Shown: one piece after another, positions 12,945 to 25,583 of the stretch
Numbering within the stretch: position 1 is the first letter of the stretch
How the letters are laid out: every line of letters begins with the position of its first letter
Assembly: GCF_009914755.1 (NCBI RefSeq)
Contig: NC_060925.1
Length of the DNA stretch: 64,000 nucleotides
Reading direction: 5' to 3' (one strand)
DNA from: the human T2T-CHM13v2.0 reference genome, Homo sapiens
Translations under genes and position numbers: made by a program
The notes under the pieces: model-generated
Told to the model about the DNA's origin: nothing
The model's database searches: none
Seen by the model: the letters and a program-made list of their open reading frames with translations, nothing else

Positions 12945-14303
12945 TATCAGGGAAACCTGCCCCCAATATTTCAACATAGGTTCTTGCTATTTTCCCTAAG
13001 TGTTGGCTGGTCCATGAAATAAAAAGAAAGAGTACAAAGAGAGGAATTTTACAGCTGGGCCACCAGGGGTGACATCACTTATCGGTAGGACAGTGATGCC
13101 CACCTAAGCCACAAAACCAGCAGGATTTATTAAGGACTTCAAAAGGGGAGGGGGTGTATGAACCAGGGAGTAGGTCACAAAGATCACATGCTTCAAAGGG
13201 CAAAAAGGAGAACAAAGATCACATGCTTCTGAGGCCAATAAAGATCACAAGGAAAAGGGCAAAGCAAAGATCACAAGGTAAAGGGGAAAATCAAAAACTC
13301 CTGATAAGGGTCTATGTTCAGCTGTGCATGTATTGTCTTGATAAACATCTTAAACAACAGAAAACAGGGTTCAAGAGCAGAGAACCGCTCTGACCTCAAA
13401 TTTACCAGGAAGTGGTTTTTTCCTCACCCTAATAAGCCTGAGGGTACTGCAGGAGACCAGGGTGTATTTCAGTCCTTATCTCAACCGCATAAGACAGACA
13501 CTCCCAGAGCAGCCATTTATAGACCTCCCCCTAGGAATGCAATTCCTTTCCCAGGGTCTTAATTATTAATATTCTTTGCTAGGAAAAGAATTTATTGATA
13601 TCTTCCCTACTTGCATGTCTGTTTATAGGCTTTCTGCAAGGAGAAAAATATGGCTCTATTCTGCCCGACCCCACAGGCAGTCAGACCTTATGGTTGTCTT
13701 TCCTTGTTCCCTAAAATCGCTGTTATTCTGTTCTTTTTCAAGGTGCACTGATTTCATATTGTTCAAACACACGTTTTACAATCAATTTGTACAGTTAGAT
13801 ACAATTATCACAGTGGTCCTGAGGTGACCTACATCCTCAGCTTACAAAGATAACAGGATTAAGAGATTAAAATAAGACAGGCATGGCCGGGGGTGGTGGC
13901 TCATGCCTGTAATCCCAGTGCTTTGGGAGGCCAAGGCGGGCAGATCACGAGGTCAGGAGATCGAGACCACCCTGGCTAACACAGTGAAATCCCATCTCTA
14001 CTAAAAATACAAAAAAATCAGCCAGGCACAGTGGTGGGTGCCTGTAGTCCCAGCTACTTGGGAGGCTGAGGAACCCAGGAGGCCGAGCTTGCAGTGAGCC
14101 GAGATAGTGCCACTGCACTCTGGCCTGGGCAAAAGAGCGAGACTCCATCTTAAAAATAAAAAATAAAAAAATAAGATAGGCATAAGAAATTATAAGAGTA
14201 TTATTTGGGAAGTGATAAATGTCCATGAAATCTTCACAGTTTATCTTCCTCTGCCACAGCTCCAGCCAGTCCCTCCTTTCGGGGTCCCTGACTTCCCACA
14301 ACA
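12945..14303 (-). mobile_element. MER11 solo LTR (HERVK11/HML-8, ERVK), interrupted by an Alu
   Basis: The minus strand begins TGTTGTGGGAAGTCAGGGACCCC. Perfect 6-bp target-site duplication GGTGCC at 12939-12944 and 14304-14309. Internal aaagatcaca repeats. Confidence 0.92.
13885..14167 (+). mobile_element. AluY-like element inserted in MER11
   Basis: Diagnostic gatcacgaggtcaggagatcgagacc..ggctaacac and gcttgcagtgagccgagat. 16-bp TSD aaaataaga(c/t)aggcat at 13869-13884 and 14168-14183. Confidence 0.9.
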
Positions 14304-14561
14304 GGTGCCATCATGACTCATTGCAACCTGTACCTCGTGGGTTCAAGCAATTCTCCTGCCTCAGCCTCTGGAGTACCTGGGACTACAGGTGCGCACCACC
14401 ACGGCCTGGCTTTTATTTTCTTTCTTTCTTTTTTTTTTTTTTGGAGAGACAGTGTTTCATCATACTGACCAGACTGGTGTCAAACTCCTGGCCTCAAGCA
14501 ATCCTCCCACGTTGGCATCCCAAGGTGCTGGGTTTACAGGCATCAGCCACCGCACCCAGCC
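14304..14561 (-). mobile_element. Old Alu (AluJ/S), remainder
   Basis: cattgcaacct...ggttcaagcaattctcctgcctcagcc...ccaccgcacccagcc. Confidence 0.88.
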
Positions 14562-14564
14562 TCA

Positions 14565-15125
14565 ATATAATCTGTAATGCATTCATGTTTTTGCATGTAG
14601 CAAGAGGTCATTCTTTTTCATTGCTGTATTCTTTGTATGACTATTCTACAATGTATTAATTCTTTCTTTCATAAATTCACATTTGGATTGTTTCTAGTAT
14701 AGTGTTTTTACAAATAACACTGTAGATGAAATTCTGATGCATATCTTTTTTTATACATGTGTATATGCAATTGTTCTGGATAGATACCTAGGAAAGAAAT
14801 TACCGGGTCATAAGGTTTGCAGATGTTCAGCTTTAAAAGATACTTCCAACCAGTTTTGCAAGATGGTTGTAACAATGCACACTTCCATCAAATCTGTGTG
14901 AGGGTTCCTGTTGCTCCACAGTCTTGTTTTTAAATTTTAGACATTATTGTGGGTATATAGTGATTTCATTTTTATTTCTCTAATGACCAATATTGGTGAG
15001 CATTTTTTCATATGTTTACTGACTATTTAATATATTCCCTATATATGCTGCATGCACAACTTCGGTCAGATTAAGTATTGCAAATATTTTCTCCAACTCT
15101 GTGTCTTGTATGTCCTTTCACCCAA
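14565..15125 (-). mobile_element. Old L1M fragment, right part
   Basis: catttggattgtttctag...atacctagga...ttcctgttgctccaca...gagcattttttcatatgttt. Confidence 0.7.
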
Positions 15126-15129
15126 TTAG

Positions 15130-15426
15130 TTTTATTTTATTTATTTATTTATTTATTTGAGACAGAATCTTTCTCTGTTGCCCAGGCTGGAGTGCAGTGA
15201 CATGACCTTGGCTCATTGCAAGCTCAGTCTCTCAGGCTCGAGTGAAACTTCCACTACAGCCTCCTGAGTAGCTGGGACTACAGGTGCTTGCCACCACACT
15301 GGAGTAATTTTTAAATTGTTGTAGAGATGGTATTTCACTTTGTTGCCCAGGCTAGTCTCAAACTCCTGGGTCAATGCAATCCTCCCACCTTGGCCTCCCA
15401 AAGTGCTGGGATCACCACACCCAGTT
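15130..15426 (-). mobile_element. AluJ-type element
   Basis: (TTTA)n tail, gagacag...cccaggctggagtgcagtg...ggcctcccaaagtgctggg. Confidence 0.9.
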
Positions 15427-16544
15427 GAATTTATTTTTTTCAATTACTTTATACATAGAAAAAGAGAAAAAAAAACCTTCTTTACATGGCAACAGATAGC
15501 CATAGTAAAAAAAAAAAAAGAAGATATCTTAAATTAATGATCTCTAGTAGGAGCTCAATAAATATATGTTGAATTAATCAATAAATGATGGCACACATTT
15601 TAGTTCTGTTCAATAAAACCCTTATCAAAATATTTTGCCTCATTATTTTGTCCAACATAGTAACAGCAATTTTCTAGAAAAAATAATCATGATCAGGAGA
15701 ATTTTTAAATACCTCAGAGGCCTCTGAATTTCCCACTGACCAAAGAAGAGAAACATGATATCATTCTTGAAATTTTTAAACACCTGTTGGCAGGTATTTT
15801 TGAAACTATAAATCCATGTAAATATAACATATATTGTTTATTTTTAACATTAATTTTAATTCTGAAAGATACAATTAAGGAATTAAACATTGATAAAAAT
15901 TATTAAGTAGTAGAACAAAAAATGGAAAACGATTGTATTTCATTGGAGGTACTTAGGACTTTGGAACGAGAATATTTACGTTAAAATCAATGTTCACAAT
16001 CATTCTTAAAAGATATAAGATGATGACTACTCAATTACCATTTATAATTTAAAAAATAAAACTCTTTTCAAACTGCCTGGGAATTGTACTGGATTAAACT
16101 AAATTGATTGAAACCTGGATAAAAATCTCCATAGCAAGCATGAATGTGAATAAAACACTGTATGTACGAACAATTTCTTTTGCACTTTGAAAATTGCATG
16201 GTTGGAGGAATATACATAAATCTGTATAAACAAAGCAACCATTTAAAAAAGTCATTTTAATTTGAATACTTCTTATAGCCCTTAAATTTCAATAGTTTCA
16301 GTATATTAGGGAATCTATTAACATTTCGTCTTGTCAACTCTATCATGTCATAATATATGTTACTTCTCAAGGTAAAATAATAAAAAGGATCATTTAAGAA
16401 ATGAGACACTCCTTAAAGACTAGCCTTTTAAGAGTGGCATAAAATAAGTGTATCTGCAATAATTTCACTCATATGGTCAACCACTGACATCTATTGGCAA
16501 AAGTAGGCAGGCAGGGTTTGGTTAACTTATGAAAGCAGATAAGT

Positions 16545-16621
16545 TTTTTTTTTTGATTTTTTGTGGGAACATAGTAGATGTATATATTTATAGAATACAT
16601 GAGATATTTTGATACAGGCAT
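16545..16621 (-). mobile_element. Very short L1MA 3' end
   Basis: Poly-T then tgtgggaacatagtagatgtatatatttat...gagatattttgatacaggcat. Confidence 0.75.
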
Positions 16622-16814
16622 AGTTTCATTTTTTCATGAATATCCACAGGCTTTTCATTCCCCTATGCCATCCTTTCTCCCTAACTTCCCTCTCCCACTG
16701 AGTACTGCTTCCTTGACTTTTTATTTAGTGACCTCTCTCCAGTATTTTAATACTTCTAGACAATAATGCATTATCAAGGTGCCATTACATTAGCCAGCTT
16801 CTGGGGGTAACATA

Positions 16815-17965
<1,151 letters not shown>

Positions 17966-19644
17966 GGGAAATGAAAGAAAAAGAAGGGGAAAAGAAAAAG
18001 ACTGTTAACAAAGCCAAAATTATGTCCTCTCTGCAAGTAAAGATAAACCATAATGGGAAAGCCTGAGATTATTCTTTACTTTTTTGCACTTACATATGTG
18101 ATAAGTTAATATAATAAAAGAATCTTGTAACATTCTGAACTCAAAGACACTGAATTACTCTTTCATAAGATTTTTAGGGCCATGGGTGTTACAAATGGAA
18201 AAGTCCATTATCTTTTCAAGTATATTTCAGATACATTACAAAACACACGATTTGAATTTATTGTAACACTATAGTATTGAATTGTTTCCCATGAGCATTT
18301 GATAAATATGTTTTCCAAAGCCTCTTCCTCAAGTCATAAGACATTAATTATTAGATCCCCATTTAACTATAAAATTCTAATTGATAAGACTACTTAGAAA
18401 AAATATGATATGACATTCTAATTAGAGCATCAATAATATATCCAGATTTAAATCACTAAGGAGGTATAGACCTTCAATAACATATTTCAATACTGTTTGT
18501 AATTTGGATGCTTGATTTATTTCAAAAGTGTCTGTTGGCTAAGTTAACTGATAGCTACCTCTGCATCAGTTATGAAATCCGGACATGCAATCAGCAGCTC
18601 CACATGAGACACTCTGGGTGGCACACTCTAATTTCCTTGTATTTCCTCCAACTCTTTTTATATATCTAAAATTGGCCATATATCTTCTGGCAAGCTATTG
18701 CTTTATCTACCATATACAGAACTTCTTAGAACAGTTCTAAATTCTATCCTTCAAAACATTTTCTTGAACTTCTTGGCAAAATAATTTTTATTCAAAAATC
18801 TATCTCTTTACTGTTTTTATTATACCTTTTCTTTTATGATATTGTTTCCTTAGACAATCCAAATTCATTCTTTCCTCACCCCAACCACTATATTCACTTT
18901 AACTTTATGTGCTTAAATTATTCAATTCTAAGTGAAGCTATCTTAGAAATCAATAAACTTAGTTTACAGAGTATTTCCAATGCAAATAATTGTTTAAAAC
19001 TGTAGTGTATATGTGCATGTGTGTGTAGTCTTGTAAGAAGCATTCAAATTTTATTTTTCGTTTCTTGTTTCTGACCTTCCATTTCCAATATCCTTTGCCT
19101 CTCACTGGATTGTGAATGTGCCCTTTCCCTACATCTGAAAATCTTTCAACCTTCACCATTCATTCTAAGAATCAGCAATATGTTACGTTTTTATAGAACC
19201 TTTCTTCCAGGGAACAGAGAGTGTTTCACATATATTACCACATTCATCCTTAAAATTTCTCTCACAACACCCATAGCCCTGCTTAAACTATGATTCAGTT
19301 GAAACCTCAATCTGTATCTTTAGTTCTTTCTTCCTTGACTGCCTTTCCTATAAACTCTGTAAATCACATTTTTAGAATCCTGCATCTGTAGAAAATATGC
19401 ATAATTCTATCACTCAGGTGACCTTTCTTTCTAACCCTGTGCTCAGAATTCACCATTTCTATTTCAAAACTTTGCCACATGCCAGCTAGTAGGCTTTAGG
19501 TTACTAAGGTCTTACTACTTCTCTCTGTAACTTCACTTTTTCTTTGTAATAGTGAAATAATCTGACTTGATTATCATACTGTGATTACCTCCTTTTTTTA
19601 ACTACGTCACTTAAATTTGCTCTAAACTACATTTGTGTCCCTTT

Positions 19645-19679
19645 TACACTTGACCTTAGCCAAAAGGCTGAGAAGTGAT
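19645..19679 (-). pseudogene. 3'-truncated U2 snRNA retro-pseudogene (first ~35 nt)
   Basis: Minus strand ATCACTTCTCAGCCTTTTGGCTAAGGTCAAGTGTA against U2 5' end ATCGCTTCTCGGCCTTTTGGCTAAGATCAAGTGTA: 3 mismatches, two at CpGs. Confidence 0.9.
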
Positions 19680-19784
19680 TGTGTATTTTAAATGTATTTT
19701 CTTTTTTCAATAATGATTAAAAATCATCTTCTAAATTTTATTTTTATGGTCATATGAAATTTAAGTATTAAAATAGTTTCCTTA

Positions 19785-20005
19785 GCAGTAATAGCTAACA
19801 TGTGTTAATGTTTACCATGTAGTGATCACTTTGATAAATGCTTAGATGGTACCTCACTTAATTCTTACTATAATAGGTATAAGAACTCAATCCTATTTTC
19901 TATATATTACTGGTAGAAAAATAAAGGTTTTTAAAGGTTATCTTGCACAAGAATGTACATAGTGTGTAGCTGAACTCAGACTTTGACTAAAGTAGCCAAA
20001 GCACA
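19785..20005 (-). mobile_element. MIR fragment
   Basis: taatagctaaca...tttaccatgt...ctcacttaattctt...ttatcttgcacaag. Confidence 0.55.
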
Positions 20006-20341
20006 TCCCCATTTGTCATTTCTCTAAACATTTTCTCTAAACAATTACCGTAAATTGAGAGTTAAAAAAGTAGTATAAAATCTGTTTACTTGGATGAGAC
20101 TACCACTACTCATAGGTTAAAAATAAATCAGACTTAAAAGTAAGTCATTACCTCTAATCAGAATTAAAATAATTCATTACGTTCAATACGCATTTCAAAA
20201 TGAAATCAAAATCATTACAGAGAACTTAAGAGGTAAGAGCTATTATTCTATAGAGGATTTGTTTTCTATTTTTTTCCCTGAGCTATCTAGTGCCCCATTT
20301 TGTTTTTGTTTTGTTTTGCTTAATGAAATGGCATACTTATA

Positions 20342-20629
20342 CAGTCATGTATCAATTAACAAAAGGGATACATTCTGATAAATATGTCATTAGGTGATTT
20401 CAATGTATGAACATCATAGAATGAACTTACAAACCTAAGTGGCATAGCCTATTGCTCCTAGGCTGTAAGCCTGTACACCATGCTACTGTCCTGAATACTG
20501 TAGGCAAGTACTTGTATATCTAAACATAGAAAAGGCATAGTAAGATTGGAAAGGACTATAATCTTATAGGATCATCATCATCTATGTGGTTCATTATTGA
20601 CTGTAACATCATTAGAAGGCACAGATCTG
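20342..20629 (+). mobile_element. Tigger3a/MER7-like (Golem) DNA transposon
   Basis: ta|cagtcatg...gggatacattctga...tagcctattgctcctaggct...ctgaatactgtaggcaa...ctg|ta. Confidence 0.8.
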
Positions 20630-21149
20630 TATTAGTGAAAGCTAGTCTGTTACATATGGCCAAATTTATTACACAGTATCAGCATTTCCCTTTGATTTAT
20701 TAATTCTGAGAAATTGATCAAGATTTCTATGTGAATGTTTCTTCTCATGAAGCTTACATTTCTTCAGTCATTGTGTGTAGCACAAGAGGGACATTAAGTA
20801 TACACACTGAGACAAAAAGAAAATAAATAACCTAACTTTCAAAATTGTTTGGGTAAAGCTAACAATTATGCTAAATATTTTCCTTTATAGATGTATCACA
20901 TTTCAAATACTACATACATAGCATATATTTAACGGAGTTTAGTAAAATATCAAGTAAAACTACTTAGTAAAGCAATATATTTCTCCCTGTAATAATACTT
21001 AAACACATTTGAGGCTATGTGAGTAGTAAAGAGTTAATTATTTGCACTAAAACCCAAAGGTCCAGAGTTAAAATGTGACAATCTATTGAAGTTTTTGATA
21101 TGCCAGTGTTACAGCATAGAAAACAAAACATATTCAATAAATTAATCAT

Positions 21150-21985
21150 TAATGCATCTAGATCGTAAAATAGGATGTGCATTAAAATGCTCTCACCGCA
21201 ACAGCTGATGTTTCATTGATACAGGAAAGGCTCAAATAATCTGGACAGATGAAGTGGTTGTATAATATTTTCCTCCTTTGCCACTTCAAGTATATCTGTC
21301 CAATTTTAGGCCCATTACTTTAAAAAAGAGAGCATAGTTTGATAATTTCCCTTCATTATCTGCTTGACTTGATAAAGATGTTGTTCATACATTAAAAGTT
21401 GCACCTTGATTAGCTGAAATCATAAAATAATAGTATGTAGCTTTTAAGTATTTTAAGTGTCTTCCACATAAGCTTTGAATCATTGAAACTAAAGGCTATA
21501 ATCTGGGCAGATGCGAAACTAAAGACAAATTTCCTATGCAAACATGTATACCATATGAAAGCCATGCAAATACTGCCTTCAGAAGAAAAACAAAGGCTTG
21601 TTTTATTTTTTTCCCTCAAACTGAGCTACTTTATCAGAGTACAATTGCAAAGTAAAGATTTACATATTTTTGACTGAAAAAATAATTTCCATACCACATG
21701 TATGTGACTTCACAATGTGAAGATTTTAGGACACTGACACAAATAGGTACCAGGTCATTAAAAAAAGAGACTCAGATAGTCGGAGTTACTGTTACATTTA
21801 TTATATATTTGATAGAAACACCACCAAAATTCTTCAAATTAAAACTAACTACAATCTAAATATCTTGATTATGGAATGGATTCAATGGTGTTTAGATATT
21901 AAACTTAACCTCAAAAATAATGTGGTTATATGAAGATTGTGTAGAAAAGAAAAACATATGGTAGAGAGTATGTTAATATAGAAAA
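21150..21985 (+). promoter_or_regulatory. RGS21: Putative RGS21 proximal promoter (AT-rich, no CpG island)
   Basis: No repeat recognised in this stretch just upstream of exon 1. Octamer ATGCAAAT at 21564-21571 and E-box CAGCTG at 21202-21207. Function is inferred. Confidence 0.45.
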
Positions 21986-22099
21986 GTTACCACTTGGAAA
22001 ACAATTCATCTGAAAGAAGCACAGATTTTCTCATCTATCCTGTCAACAAAGAAGGAATCAAGAGAGCAAGGACAGTGATTTCCCCTGCATTGCATTTGT
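21986..22099 (+). other. RGS21: RGS21 exon 1 (5'UTR, non-coding)
   Basis: Ends at the donor TTGT|GTGAGT (22100). Agrees with my recollection of the RGS21 mRNA 5' end (gttaccacttggaaaac...gcatttgt joined to cttgaagatcag). The start coordinate is approximate. Confidence 0.7.
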
Positions 22100-23941
22100 G
22101 TGAGTATAAAGAGATTTAAGGTTTATTATATAAATGAACTTGTTACAAAGATTAAACTGATGACATTTAGAGATAAAAATGCCAACTATTAGATTCTTTT
22201 CATCAAACTCAGCGAGTTTGGAATCATAAAAAGAAAAAATTTTACTAGCTATTCATTTGGTAACATTTGCAGAAAATAATATATTATCACAGATTGTCAA
22301 AGAACTGACACTTTGCCAACTAGTCTGCTTCAAATTTGTAAAAAAGATGAACAAAGGATATCAGACTCCACGGGAGGGGAGAGAAAAAGACAAGAGATAG
22401 GATTATAGAACCCATAGAATTTTAAAGCTAGAAGAAATGTAAAAAAAAAAAATCTATCTCATACTTTTCTTATATCCTTTTGGAAAAGCAACTAGAACAA
22501 GTAATAATAACATCTTCTCAAGGACACACAGCAGGTGGCCAATTACCATACCTGAAAGTAATGAATTATATAAATAAAGAAAATGTGAGAAAGATGTTAC
22601 ATACAGCATAGAAAAGCACATTAAATATAATATTACTATTTTTATGTCTTTACTTATATATGGTTAAATGACTTGAGTAGAACTTGATAGGATAAAAGCA
22701 CTACTTCAACAATGTTTACAGTTTTAAAGATATATTTCAGTTAGTACTTTCACTATTCTTCAAATTTTATTTTTAAAATAATTTTGAAAAATGCATCTTC
22801 ATGTCACTCTAAGTAAAGTCTTATTAACTTATAACTTATATTAAGTTCTTTAAAATTAGTTTATATAATTTTAGTTTGTAATTTCATAAAATTTTTAGTC
22901 AACATGTGCATTCACAACTCAAGATGAAATGGTTGTTACTTTGTTTTGGCATTTACTAGTACATGTATTATAGTATATGTATAACATATTAGTGGTTTGT
23001 ACCATGCCCTAAAACTTATGACACCAAATGCTGGCAACTCTTTCTCCTGCTTTCTAAAATGTATTATAGTCTAAAATATTAGTAAATATTAATATATTCA
23101 TCGTATAATTGCCTTTTTAAGAAATCAATATCCTGTTATTTTTAGACAATGTCAAAATATTGCATTATCTAAAAAAAACCTAGTCATTAAACTTAGAAAT
23201 GTCAAGTACACCTGTGAATTTGTTAAGGGGACACTATAATTTTCTATTTGATTTGAAAATAAATCAAGCAGCCACAGCATTCTCGAAGTAACACTATTAA
23301 TTACTTCTGCTAATTGCCTCTGTGCAATTGGGAAAGAAGTAAAGCAATCTCCTCTGGTTTGATTTGAAGGACATCACAGGATCTCACCCCATCAGACTGC
23401 CTCTAACATTCCCCCTCCTTGGGGCTAGACTCTATCCCTCCCAGAACAGCAAAATCTGCCAGAAGTTTTACGCTGAGCTAAACTCTCTGTTCAGGCCTTT
23501 ATGCGATGTTGTCCTCGCCCAAGATTTATCTTCCAGCAGAAGAACAGGGAGAATGTCGTATCTAAAGGAGAAATTCCTAGGTCAGATATCATTTACTTCT
23601 TAATTTTGGCTTAGTCTGTCTTTATTGATGGGTTTTATCATTCAGGAGCCATTCTAGTACTTAAAATGATATTGATTAATCTTCATACTCATCATTGCTC
23701 AAGCTTGGAGGAAAAAAAGTTTATTGAAAGAATAAAAAACCCTTTCTATTCAACAATTTTTTGAAAAATAACACTTCCAAGAACTATTGCTGATCCATGT
23801 CATTGTCACCATAAAAACCAGCTGGTAATTTTTACTTAGATATAAATGAAAGATGGGAATAATTTTATGTAGTCACGGTGTCTATCTGTAAATCAATAAA
23901 CAAAAAGAAGGGCAGAATAAAATCCATTTTAAGAGTTCAAG

Positions 23942-24260
23942 AGTGGGTAGAGTGGCTCATGCCTGTAGTTCTAGCACTTGGGGAGGCCAGAATGGGAGGA
24001 TTGCTTGAGGCTAGAAATTCAAGACCAGTCCGGGAAAATTAGCAAGGTCCCCTCTGCACCCCCATCTCTATAAAAATAATTTAAAAATTAGCCTGGTGTG
24101 GTGTGGTGGTCCACACTTGTAATCCTAGCTACTTGGGAGGCTGAGGAGGGAAGTGTCACTTGAGTTCAGGAGTTCAAGGCTGCAGTGAGCTATGATTGCA
24201 CCACTGCGCTACAGACTGGGTGAGAGAACAGAACCCTTTCTCTAAAAATCCAAAAAATAA
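23942..24260 (+). mobile_element. AluJ-type element
   Basis: gtggctcatgcctgtag...ggattgcttgagg...ggagttcaaggctgcagtgagctatgattgcaccactgc. Confidence 0.88.
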
Positions 24261-24609
24261 TCCAATGAGCTTTTAACATGAGAATCCCTTCCAACTTTTT
24301 TTTATATCAGTTGTTTCAAAATGTTTGTTTTCTAGGAAAATTAATCCTCCAATCTATATGTATGTGTGTACATATATATAATTTTCTTCTGCTGCTATAG
24401 GTTATCCAAAAATAAGAAAACAAACAAGCAAATAAAAATTGATATTTGGAAAGAATTTTACATGCTCTTTGCTAAGGCTATGTATGCAATTTTCCAAAAT
24501 GAGAGAAATACCTGAGTAATCAAGCAACCTTACCTCCATATTTTTTAAAAATAATACATTCATTGAAATGAGACACTGGTTAATTAAAAAAACAAGATGA
24601 GCTTTAAGG

Positions 24610-24905
24610 GATGACCAGTATTAAGTAAACTTCTGAATCTGCCAGTTATCAATTGTGATTATTCAGGCTACTTTTCTGATTTTTTGAGTCATTTTAGCTA
24701 CTACATAAGGCACCTAAGTGGATAAAATTGATTTTTTGACATAGAACTTCTGCTACAATGTGTGATACATAGTAGATGTTTAATAACTGATGGTTCTCTT
24801 TCCTCTATGTGCCTGCCATTAGACTGGTTCTAATCCCAGCTGTGCAATTCTGATAAGATTATTCAACTCTCCATGCCTCTGTTTCTTCATCTAAAAATGG
24901 TGACA
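24610..24905 (+). mobile_element. MIR fragments
   Basis: ggttctaatcccagctgtgc...ctctccatgcctctgtttcttcatctaaaaatgg. Confidence 0.55.
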
Positions 24906-25097
24906 AAGGGGAGCTGAAGAAGGATACTCAATTGTGTTTTACCTGTGGTTGCTGGAAGTCAGAAGCCTTTGGGTAAAGGGAAAAGATGATGGATCCACAC
25001 AGTGAAGTATTTTATAGCAATTAGAAGCAAAGGTCACACAGCAATACAGATAGATCTTTTTAAAACCGCAATACCAGATGAAAGACATTAAGAAATA

Positions 25098-25290
25098 GAA
25101 GGGTAACAACACACACTGGGGCTTTCAGAGAATCGAGGGTGGGAGGAGGAAGAGGGTCAGGAAAAATAGCTAATGGGTACTAGGCTTAATATCTGGGTGA
25201 AATAATCTGTTCAACAAACCCCCATGACATAAGTTTAACTATCTAACATACCTGCACTTGTACCCCTGAACTTAAAAGTTAAAAAGAAGC
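25098..25290 (+). mobile_element. L1 3' end (older L1PA-type)
   Basis: aacaacacacactgggg...taatgggtactaggcttaat...gtacccctgaacttaaaagttaaaaa. Confidence 0.85.
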
Positions 25291-25494
25291 AAAATGAAAT
25301 ATATCACACAATGACATTTGTTTAAATTAAAATATTTGCATAAAAATTGCAACACACATTTTGCAAGAATACATGCACACAGATGTTCAACATCACAAAT
25401 GTGGCATGGGAGGTTGAGAATCAGAGCACCTCATACAGTAGAAACTCAATAAATGCTAATCCTCTAGCACAGACCATGTAAAATGTAAAGGAAC

Positions 25495-25523
25495 GTGTAT
25501 GTGTATGTGTATGTGTATATGTA

Positions 25524-25578
<55 letters not shown>

Positions 25579-25583
25579 GTGTG
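25495..25583. repeat. (GTGTAT)n hexanucleotide microsatellite, ~14-15 units
   Basis: Directly visible, with one interrupted unit. Confidence 0.95.

Noticed and set aside
13170-13290. Spaced AAAGATCACA repeats resembling a CRISPR-like array
   Set aside because: They are internal tandem repeats of the MER11 LTR in a eukaryotic context with no cas genes.
13945-14659. 118-146 aa ORFs, plus similar ones at 4715, 17269, 32514 and 53049
   Set aside because: These are translations of Alu and LTR sequence with typical Alu-derived peptides.
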